Origin: Meyerozyma guilliermondii
Lineage: Eukaryota
DNA length: 64,000 nt
Reading direction: 5' to 3'
NCBI GenBank assembly: GCA_051546255.1
Contig: CP128818.1
Span: 1,240,001 to 1,304,000, forward strand
Shown: piece after piece, positions 43,331 to 51,653 of the stretch
Layout: each line of letters opens with the position of its first letter
Numbering within the stretch: the stretch's first letter is position 1
Notes under the pieces: model-generated
What the model was told of the DNA's origin: nothing
Seen by the model: only the letters and a program-made list of their open reading frames with translations
Database searches by the model: none
Made by a program: the position numbers and the translations under genes

Positions 43331-43897
43331 ATGCCTAAAACTGCTTTCATCTTGATTGACATTCAAAATGACTATTTTGAGGGTGGATTATACCCGTTAG
43401 TTGATATCAATCGCGCAGCTGATAATTCAGCCAAGCTTTTGCAAGAATTAAGAAAGTTACCAGACCAATTCCATATCATTCATGTTCGCCATGAGTTTAC
43501 TGGAGAGGCTAAGGATGCTCCCTTTTTCGGAAAAGATACATCCGGGTCTCAGATTCATGAGAAGGTAAAACCCAACTCGGATGAACTAGTCATTTTCAAG
43601 AATCATCCCAACTCGTTCATTGAGACAAATTTGAAATCAGAGCTCGATAATAACGGGATTAAGGACGTGGTTATTGTGGGAGCCATGGCGCACATATGCA
43701 TACAGGGTACTACCAGAGCCGCTGCAGAATTGGGATACAATGCAACCGTGATCACTGATGCAGTTGCTGCTCGTGATTTGGAGTATGGAGGAGTTACTAC
43801 CCCCGCAAAACAAGTTTCAGCTGCAGTGTTTGCTACTTTGGCGTTTGGATATGCAAAATTAACCACCACGGAGGAGTTTTTAGCCGCATTAAAATAG
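43331..43897 (+). CDS. Isochorismatase-family cysteine hydrolase
   Basis: ILIDIQNDYF (Asp), KNHPNSF (Lys), GAMAHICI (Cys), TRAAAELGY, DAVAARDL. Confidence 0.9.
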   Translation: MPKTAFILIDIQNDYFEGGLYPLVDINRAADNSAKLLQELRKLPDQFHIIHVRHEFTGEAKDAPFFGKDTSGSQIHEKVKPNSDELVIFKNHPNSFIETNLKSELDNNGIKDVVIVGAMAHICIQGTTRAAAELGYNATVITDAVAARDLEYGGVTTPAKQVSAAVFATLAFGYAKLTTTEEFLAALK

Positions 43898-44306
43898 GTT
43901 TATCTGTTATGTGTTGTGATTTTTGTGTTTTGATTAATAAAAATACCGAAAATCATTCAAAATTACTAAGGCTGTCTCTCTCTTTCTGACGCTGATATAT
44001 TGAGTCTTATATAAAAGAAGTAAACTGGTACAAGTATTTCAGGTCAGGATAACACTTCATGATGCAATATAAACAGCTGCAACACTCAAATGGAATTTTG
44101 TTTGTTGGCATAGTGCTATTTAATCAATTTGCAGTTATAATACCTGCATATGGAAAGACGAACATACGGCAAGAATCAGCATTGCTCAACCAAAGTTTCC
44201 TGTTCGGTCTAAATAAATAACCTTCTGAAGGTATTAAGTTACATATGGCTTCTTCTGGAAATTGTGAACTTCCTATTTATGGGTACAAACAATTGTTAAA
44301 TTATTA

Positions 44307-44399
44307 ACCGATCACGTCATGATATCCTTCACCGTGGGTGTAGTGTTGTGTGAGTTATGTGAAATACACTGATACTATATTGGTGATATAGGGTCTTTC
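44307..44399 (+). repeat. Direct repeat R, copy 1
   Basis: ACCGATCACGT-ATGATATCCTTCACCGTGGGTGTAGTGTTGTGTGAGTTATGTGAAAT...ACTATATTGGTGATATAG-GTCTTTC; matches 47350-47443. Confidence 0.95.
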
Positions 44400-44422
44400 A
44401 TCTGTGTAGTTTTATTACCGAT

Positions 44423-44797
44423 CTAGACAAACCAAATGAAAAGCGATACAAATGATGTAAGGCACAAACCAATAAAGACTAAGCACACATAAGCCAAAAA
44501 TCTTAAGTTCCTAAGTTGAAAGGCCATGATTGCGGGGAGTGTCCATATTGCAGTAATGATCACATGAAAAGCTGCAGAACCGAACCAGATATAATCCGGA
44601 ATCCTTACATTAACATTTTCTCTTCGAAAGGTGACGGGAAGAAACCAGCCAAAACCTAACAGGAAAATAGTAAACAAAAGTAACAGACAAAGCATAATTA
44701 GCATACCTCTGTCCCCTTCTTCTTCAGTTGAATTTTCCCCCACGGTTTCTTCAGTCATTCCTTCCCCCACAGTTTCTTCAGTCACTTTTTTTTCCAT
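44423..44797 (-). CDS. Orphan small membrane protein A (acidic N-terminus, about 3 TM)
   Basis: 124 aa; paralog of 45361-45729 (shared NVRIPDYIW..SAAFHVI.TA.WT); 24-bp internal repeat (TEETVGE). Confidence 0.65.
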   Translation of the reverse strand: MEKKVTEETVGEGMTEETVGENSTEEEGDRGMLIMLCLLLLFTIFLLGFGWFLPVTFRRENVNVRIPDYIWFGSAAFHVIITAIWTLPAIMAFQLRNLRFLAYVCLVFIGLCLTSFVSLFIWFV

Positions 44798-45155
44798 TTT
44801 GATCCAATTATCAGAGGTGAGGTGCGCTGCAAAGCTCAGGTTTAAGTAAACGCCAAACTAAGAGTCGTGAAAGAAAGTGGAAGCTTTTTATACCAGGTCA
44901 AAACATCTTAAAATTACTATCGCACAACTGACTCTGCTATCTTTTCTACCCAATATCTTATACTTTCCGCTTCCTTCATTTTCCTTATTCTTTCTGTTTC
45001 ATGCTCTTCTCAATTATTTCCTTATACTTTCTATTTCAATACTCGTACCCACTTAAAGACCCCAATCCTTAGGAACTGGAACCGAGAACAAATCTTGCCC
45101 CCTAATTCCATACTTTTGTCAATGTAGGGTACTTTTTTTCCTTTCAACGATAGGT

Positions 45156-45191
45156 ATACACTGATACTATATTGGTGATATAGCGTCTTTC
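45156..45191 (+). repeat. Direct repeat R, partial third copy
   Basis: ATACACTGATACTATATTGGTGATATAGCGTCTTTC. Confidence 0.85.
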
Positions 45192-45360
45192 TGTGAGGTA
45201 TGATCCTATGAACTATCACGTAGCCGTAGACTTGAAGGTCGTTCTGTTTGAGACTAACAGTACGTAAAGTACAAATATCAAGATAAACATATTCAATTTC
45301 ACTGACCAGCTGCTAATATCATTGGTATATAATGTAAAGCGAAGAACATTCGTAGTTGTA

Positions 45361-45729
45361 TTACCGATCCCGACAGAACCAAATGAGAAGAAATACAGAT
45401 ATTGTAAGGCAAAAACCAAGACACAGCAAGCACCACCAAACCCCAGTTTTCGACTCTCTTGTTGAGTCCTTATCTTGAAAGTCAACGATTGTGAAGCCTG
45501 TCCATAATGCAGTACTGATCACATGAAAAGCTGCAGAACTGAGCCAGATATAATCCGGAATCCTTACATTATCATTTTTTGTTTGAAAGATGTAGGGAAG
45601 AAGAAAGCCCGAACCTAACGGGAAAATAGTCAAAAAAAGTAATATACAGGACAAAATATCCAGAGTTTTGGTCCTTTCTCCTTTAGCCATTCTTTCCACA
45701 TCAGTTTCTTCAGTCACGTTTTCTTCCAT
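45361..45729 (-). CDS. Orphan small membrane protein B (paralog of A)
   Basis: 122 aa from ATG 45729; coding and upstream sequence homologous to A, and both frames remain open. Confidence 0.65.
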   Translation of the reverse strand: MEENVTEETDVERMAKGERTKTLDILSCILLFLTIFPLGSGFLLPYIFQTKNDNVRIPDYIWLSSAAFHVISTALWTGFTIVDFQDKDSTRESKTGVWWCLLCLGFCLTISVFLLIWFCRDR

Positions 45730-46444
45730 TGTGATCAACTTATCAGAGGTGCGCTGCAAAGTTCAGGTTCAAGTAAACGTATTGGACAAATAATCTGCCA
45801 AACCTAAAGCGTGAAAAAAAGTCGTACTTCTTATAGCAGGTCAAATGCACCTGAAAATGACTATCGCGGAGTCCAGCTTACTTCTGCTGTCTTTATACTC
45901 AATTATATCCTTGTACTTTCCATTTTTTCATTCTCTTTTCAGTTTTTTCTGGACCTTCTTTGTCTTTTTCTTTCTCGTCTTATCAGTACACCGGTACACC
46001 AGGATTAAAAATGAAGGCACGATCCAGATGATCGGATCCCGATCCCGATCATGCAAGACTAAATAGAATCCTCGCGTCAATGGTAATAAAAAAGTTGTCA
46101 AAGTTGTCTGTTGTCTGATTTTTCCGGTGTTTGCTTACTGAATAAGTCTGAGAGTTGAGAGATCAACAAGAGTCTAAAAGGGACACACCGTAAAAAGTGT
46201 CCAGTTTATAAGTCTGTTGATATGACTTCCATACCAGAATATCAAGTTTATAAACTAACGTTCAATCCAAAACACCCAGGATAAGGCAGACAGAACATGT
46301 CTTGCACTTCGCATTTTAGCTCGTGGGTATTAGAATGATTTGACAAGCTGTTTGTGACAAACAGTACGTGGGTATCATATATATTAATAGAGCTAAACAC
46401 ATTCAAGCTAAGGAGAGCAAATGATTGATACCCACATATTTAGC

Positions 46445-47281
46445 TCAATTCCTGGCCCATCTTATGAATTTCTCGGCCCATTCTGTTAATTGCCCGACAG
46501 TCCATGAAAAGCCCCCGCCACACAATGCGCAAAAAGTCCGAACGTTTACGAACTCAGCAGTATCTGGTGAAATGCCGCTAGCAATTATAATCAGCGATAA
46601 AACCAAACATTTAGATATAGTTGGATTTTCTTGCCGTGAAAAGCACTCATAGGCGATATAATGTACCGGTGCGGACAAACTAAGAGTCAAAATGCTCCAT
46701 AAAAGTTCTTTGACTGGGTCTTTGCGTCGATAGGAAGCGAATGCGCCAAGCGCCCGTTGCAATGTAAGATACCCACAAATCAGTTCCAAAGAGTAGCTGC
46801 ACTTTGTCGAAATTTTTCTAAACGCTTTAGCTTCGGGTAACTCCACCGCAACTATAAGAATGATCACAGTACTCACGACCCGAGCAAAAAGAAGGGGAAA
46901 CAGGGTTGAACACAGGTTTTTCAGTGTTTTGGGCTTAGCTTCGGGCGTAGTTCCTATGTCCATTTCCTCCATTGGTCGAGAAGGCTGTTCATCCATTCGA
47001 GGTGTAAACACTCCCCTTCCAATCACTTCCCTTAGTTGTCGATTCTCTTCCCTTAGTTGTCGATACTCTTCATTACGTTGTCGATTCTCTTCCCTTAGTT
47101 GTCTAAACCTTTCTACCATTTGTTGTGGAGTAATTCCTTCCAATTGGAGTGGATTCAATTCTCTCTCAAGTTGGCTAAGCCATTCTACCGCTTGTTGCGG
47201 AGTCATTCCTTCCAGTTGGAGTGGATTCAGCTCTCCCACTTCTTGTGGAGGTGTCAGTTCGTGCATTGTTGGTGTTGACAT
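46445..47281 (-). CDS. Orphan protein C: repeat/coiled-coil N-terminus plus multi-TM C-terminus
   Basis: 278 aa; 72-bp repeat (ELNPLQLEG.TPQQ.VE) twice, 21-bp repeat (RQLREEN) about four times, then 4-5 hydrophobic segments. Confidence 0.6.
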   Translation of the reverse strand: MSTPTMHELTPPQEVGELNPLQLEGMTPQQAVEWLSQLERELNPLQLEGITPQQMVERFRQLREENRQRNEEYRQLREENRQLREVIGRGVFTPRMDEQPSRPMEEMDIGTTPEAKPKTLKNLCSTLFPLLFARVVSTVIILIVAVELPEAKAFRKISTKCSYSLELICGYLTLQRALGAFASYRRKDPVKELLWSILTLSLSAPVHYIAYECFSRQENPTISKCLVLSLIIIASGISPDTAEFVNVRTFCALCGGGFSWTVGQLTEWAEKFIRWARN

Positions 47282-47349
47282 GATCACAAATGAAGTCAAG
47301 TACAAATGCGAATTTTGCAACCGCTTTATGAGCCGCGACCAGATTACGG

Positions 47350-47443
47350 ACCGATCACGTGATGATATCCTTCACCGTGGGTGTAGTGTTGTGTGAGTTA
47401 TGTGAAATCCACACTACACTATATTGGTGATATAGCGTCTTTC
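47350..47443 (+). repeat. Direct repeat R, copy 2
   Basis: Near-identical to 44307-44399; contains ATCACGTGAT. Confidence 0.95.
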
Positions 47444-47613
47444 GAATAGGTATCCGATCCCCAAACATCGATGGAAATCTTCTTAGATACAATCGATTTA
47501 TTATAGATTTCTATCCTAACCTGCGACTGGAACTCTGGCTGCGAATTCAAAAGCTTCAGAATGCGGTTCTGTATGCCTTATTGTCTGCCGCACATGCAAG
47601 TCGCTCTTTTGCT

Positions 47614-48288
47614 ATGAACCGGTACCTCGTTCTCTACAACGGTGTATCTGCCGCATTATGGACCTATGTTCTTGGGCGTGCGTTCCAAGATGCCTACGGA
47701 TACTTGACCAACAACCAACAATCTTTTTATGGGAAATCAATGCCATTAGCGGTGATGGAAGCGCTCTTGCTGCATACCCCACCCCACCATTTTCTTGTTT
47801 TGCTTCAATTCTTCAATGCTGTGTTTGAAACAGGCCATACTGTGTTGGGTTTGGTTCCCTCGCCATTGACTACGGTGCTCTTGCAATTTGCTGCCAGATT
47901 GTTCATCACCCATGGAATTACTCTCACTCTTCCGTATGCACCTGGAAACTTCCACCCTGCTTATTTGGGCCTTAGTTTTTCTTGGGCGATCACAGAAGTG
48001 ACTCGCTACAGCTACTACGTTGTCAAGTTGGTCAATGGCCACGCCCCACGCTGGTTTACTTGGCTTCGCTATTCCTTGTTCATCGTTCTTTACCCCATGG
48101 GGTTGGTGTGCGAAGCTACTGTGGTTTACCTGTCGCTTGTAGTTGCCCTTGATAACTACTACTGGTTCTTGGTATTTGGTTTGACTATGTACGTTCCGGG
48201 GTTCTTGTCCCTATACTCCTACATGTGGCGCCAGCGGAGGAAGATACTCGGCGGTAAATTAAACGAACCGAAAATCAATTCTCAATAA
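47614..48288 (+). CDS. Phs1/PTPLA-family 3-hydroxyacyl-CoA dehydratase paralog
   Basis: YLVLYN, LVPSP, SWAITEVTRYSYY, WLRYSLFIVLYPMGLVCE. Confidence 0.85.
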   Translation: MNRYLVLYNGVSAALWTYVLGRAFQDAYGYLTNNQQSFYGKSMPLAVMEALLLHTPPHHFLVLLQFFNAVFETGHTVLGLVPSPLTTVLLQFAARLFITHGITLTLPYAPGNFHPAYLGLSFSWAITEVTRYSYYVVKLVNGHAPRWFTWLRYSLFIVLYPMGLVCEATVVYLSLVVALDNYYWFLVFGLTMYVPGFLSLYSYMWRQRRKILGGKLNEPKINSQ

Positions 48289-48324
48289 ATGAAATTTCAA
48301 TCGCGAATTTCTCATTTTCTTTTC

Positions 48325-48945
48325 ATGTCTCACCCCAACAAATGGCTCATAGCCTATAATTCCATCTCCGCTTCATTGTGGACCATTGTGCTCTTCAACA
48401 CCATCTTCTTGGGCGCCTCTCTTGGCCAGCCTCTTTTGTTTGACAAAACCAACAAAATTACCACCGCAATTCAAACCTTGGCCGTGGTGGAAATCTACAA
48501 CTCATTGGTAGGAAACGTTAAGTCTCCTATCTTCACCACAACCACCCAAGTCTTTTCCAGGTTGCTCATCGTGTGGGGAATATGCCAGGCTTTACCCAAC
48601 TCGCCAGCTAACTCCCATTGGTGTTACATCACCTTGTCGTTGTCTTGGTCCATCACCGAAATTATTCGTTACTCGTACTACGCTACCAACTTGGCGGGTC
48701 CCGTTCCTCAATGGTTGACGTGGTTGAGATACACCACCTTCTACGTGTTGTATCCTACTGGGGTGTCGTCGGAAATTTCCATGATTTACTTGTCGTTGAA
48801 CGAAGCCAGTGCTGTGTTGGGCGACTGGTATAAATGGACCCTCATCGCCATTATTTGCACCTACCCACCTGGTTTCTACATGTTGTACACCTACATGATC
48901 AAGCAGAGAAAGAAGGTATTGGGCACCAAGAAAAAGTTGCAATGA
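48325..48945 (+). CDS. PHS1: Very-long-chain 3-hydroxyacyl-CoA dehydratase
   Basis: QVFSRL, SWSITEIIRYSYY, WLRYTTFYVLYPTGVSSE, C-terminal KKKLQ. Confidence 0.92.
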   Translation: MSHPNKWLIAYNSISASLWTIVLFNTIFLGASLGQPLLFDKTNKITTAIQTLAVVEIYNSLVGNVKSPIFTTTTQVFSRLLIVWGICQALPNSPANSHWCYITLSLSWSITEIIRYSYYATNLAGPVPQWLTWLRYTTFYVLYPTGVSSEISMIYLSLNEASAVLGDWYKWTLIAIICTYPPGFYMLYTYMIKQRKKVLGTKKKLQ

Positions 48946-51543
48946 TTATGTATGTCTCAAGTCTTCTAGCCAGTTAATAAGACGCTCGCAGTAGTCGACA
49001 ATGGTGTCGTCTTCCACAAACTCAAAGTTGTCCTTGGAGGCAGTGGAAAACATTCCCCGAGCCTTTGTGCTCTTCTTATTCTGCTCAAATACCACTCTCA
49101 TCTTGCTTCGTATATACACCGAATCGTGCTTGTTGCACAATCCGTTTATGACTTTGGTGATGAGATGATTTGGAATGTACTGGTACCACCGCAAGTTCCA
49201 GCTCACCAACTTGAGTATGATGAGTAGAACAAAGTCTAAAGTAAGGTAATTCTCTTCCAAGTCAGAAACGAATACCTCATAAGCGTTGCCATACAGCTGC
49301 AAGATCAACTTGCGCGAGTAAACTTCATGGGTATAGGAGTCGCCCATGGAGTTTTCACTCAAAACCAACTCGTAGTAGATTTCAAGAAGCTTGACCGTCG
49401 CAAAGTAATCAAAATCTCCATTGGCAGACGTAGCAATGACACTCGTAATTAAGGCACTGATGGACTCCTTCAAGTTATACTTTATGGACCATCCAAGTAA
49501 TCCCATCATTTCCCATTCTAAAGCACTGTGCTGCTGCTCACGATTGCGGTGTGAAAGCGTCATAAGCGTACGCAAGTCTTCGTACAAGACAAAAAACATC
49601 TTATCGAGCCATGGTGAGCAGGCAACGAGGTTCGAGCCTTCCAGCTCACCAACTACAAAATCGGTACTCAGGAGGGCCGACGAGATGAAGAGTGATTCTT
49701 TGCGTCTGACCAAGTTATCCCATCCATCCACAGCCACCATCATAGTAAGTAAGTCGTAGCATCGTCCCCAAGTGGATATCGTCTCGAAATTGAGAATAGA
49801 CAGCGAAGGAATACCTGCTGATTGTGCCGACAATGCTATCTTCGAGGCAGCAGGACCAGTGACCTTGGTAAGATTGGAATCAACAGTGGATAGTGTTCTT
49901 GCGGAACAGTTCATGAGCGGCGACTGGTAGAATTGATACCCATTGAAAGGGTGCCTTGATTGGGGATTGAACAAGAAATAGTCATTCCAAAGTTTGCTAA
50001 TTGATCCTTCTTCAACTAGGCGATCGCCCTTCTTTTGGTTCTGTGCCAAAAGTCTCGAATAACTTGAAAGTTTCACTTGAGGAGTTGGAAAGTAAGCCTT
50101 GAATGTCTGTTCTGATATGGGTTCGGAGCGGGTCGCTAGGCGCCCTATAAAAGTGGTGGAAAAGAAGTCACGTACACCACAGATATCATCCAAGTGTCCT
50201 TGCTTTTGGTTGGTAATTAATGGAATGTTGTTTAAGATGAGAAGCGCTTTGCTGAATTTTTTCTGCAAGATATAGCACACCACGAGAGAATACCAGCTCT
50301 CAAAATCTAATGGAAGGATCTCCACTCCCTTCTGGGCCATGAGCAGAGCTGTGTCGTAATTTCCTTTTGAGATCAAGTACCTGATTTGCTCTTGTAAAAG
50401 AAGAGCACCAGTGGTGGTTAGTAAGCCTGAACCGGTCAAGCTTTGATGGAGATCGATAACGAATTGGTTCTCCAGGACCGAGTTGTTATGCAAACTTAGT
50501 AATCTTAGTACAATTACCTTCCAGTTTTCGTCAGACAGACCGTACTGAATGGCAATTTGATCGGCTGCAAATTGAGCGACAGCACCGCTCGGTTCAAATT
50601 GACACAACCTTATTAATGCATCTGTCAAGCTGTTATTATAGAAGTTGATCTTATTGTCTTTGTTATTACATCCAGTGGGTTTCCCATAAGTAGCTGGACA
50701 TGGAGTCATCAATCCACGGGGAAGAAAAGGTATCAATGTCCGGATGGCATTTTGAATCGCCTCGTTTGATCGAAGATGGTGGGGAAAACTAACGAGACCT
50801 GTCAATTGGTTTGCTGGGTTGTCTAAGTGATTAAACAACCTTATTATCAGCGATGCAGTCAATTCTTGCCAGAAAAGAGGTTGAATTTCCAGAACAGTGT
50901 CAACGGTGAATGAGCAAGATTTCCTTATCCGACTGCCCTGCAGATCTGGAATTATGTGGAAACTCTTGTCTATGTTTATGGGATTCTTGGTATTAAAGCC
51001 CGTGAGATACAAAATGTACCGAGTCCGAAGTTCTGCTTTGGCAAATATGTTGTACAGGCAAAAAGTCACCACCATCTCTTTCTTCGAGCTGAACTCACTC
51101 GTCATATCTCGTTTCCAGTTGTAGACCTCTTCTGTACGTTTTATCCCCACAATTGAGCAAATATAGGCCTCAATTGCCGAGATTCCTGAAGTAAAATCAA
51201 GTCCATTGGCATAGTGGTAAAAGCCGACGTAACCGTCGTCATCTCGTTGATCCAACTTATTTTCGTCGGCGGAAAAGTCATGGTTCAAGTACTGAGACGA
51301 TCTTGTACTGAAACACCTGCCCCAATGGAACAAATCAGGCAATCCATTGGTAGGTTCTGATCCAATTGAACCTTGGAAAGTCGTTCGCAGTCCTAAGGTT
51401 TGTCCAAACTTTCGTTCTCGAATAGATGGCGTTACCACTTCTTCAGGCGATTCATCCTCTAACGATGTAGTTGAACCGTATGGTGATACAAAGGGTATGG
51501 ATGTTGCTGACAGGTTATGGCGGTGGTGTGGAGGTCGGGACAT
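48946..51543 (-). CDS. Exomer ChAPs-family protein (Chs6/Bud7/Bch-like)
   Basis: PSIRERKFGQTL, GLPDL, FHYANGLD, TPR segment PLDFESWYSL, WLDKMFFVLYEDLR, HSALEWEMMGLLG. Confidence 0.85.
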   Translation of the reverse strand: MSRPPHHRHNLSATSIPFVSPYGSTTSLEDESPEEVVTPSIRERKFGQTLGLRTTFQGSIGSEPTNGLPDLFHWGRCFSTRSSQYLNHDFSADENKLDQRDDDGYVGFYHYANGLDFTSGISAIEAYICSIVGIKRTEEVYNWKRDMTSEFSSKKEMVVTFCLYNIFAKAELRTRYILYLTGFNTKNPINIDKSFHIIPDLQGSRIRKSCSFTVDTVLEIQPLFWQELTASLIIRLFNHLDNPANQLTGLVSFPHHLRSNEAIQNAIRTLIPFLPRGLMTPCPATYGKPTGCNNKDNKINFYNNSLTDALIRLCQFEPSGAVAQFAADQIAIQYGLSDENWKVIVLRLLSLHNNSVLENQFVIDLHQSLTGSGLLTTTGALLLQEQIRYLISKGNYDTALLMAQKGVEILPLDFESWYSLVVCYILQKKFSKALLILNNIPLITNQKQGHLDDICGVRDFFSTTFIGRLATRSEPISEQTFKAYFPTPQVKLSSYSRLLAQNQKKGDRLVEEGSISKLWNDYFLFNPQSRHPFNGYQFYQSPLMNCSARTLSTVDSNLTKVTGPAASKIALSAQSAGIPSLSILNFETISTWGRCYDLLTMMVAVDGWDNLVRRKESLFISSALLSTDFVVGELEGSNLVACSPWLDKMFFVLYEDLRTLMTLSHRNREQQHSALEWEMMGLLGWSIKYNLKESISALITSVIATSANGDFDYFATVKLLEIYYELVLSENSMGDSYTHEVYSRKLILQLYGNAYEVFVSDLEENYLTLDFVLLIILKLVSWNLRWYQYIPNHLITKVINGLCNKHDSVYIRSKMRVVFEQNKKSTKARGMFSTASKDNFEFVEDDTIVDYCERLINWLEDLRHT

Positions 51544-51653
51544 GGAGTAGTTATGGTGAGAATTGCAACTTTTTTCTTGTGTAGAATGTAGAGCTACATA
51601 CAGGAGATGTGGAACACTTTTACCAAGATGCTACTTTTTATTATGCCCATAAC

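Noticed and set aside
46021..46052. GATC-rich inverted repeat ATGATCGG-N9-CCGATCAT
   Set aside because: Short, low-complexity and single; could be chance or slippage
44307..47443. Repeat R as retrotransposon LTRs, a CRISPR array or a point centromere
   Set aside because: No TG...CA termini, PBS or pol; no repeat-spacer periodicity, and the host is eukaryotic; no CDEII/CDEIII after the CACGTG
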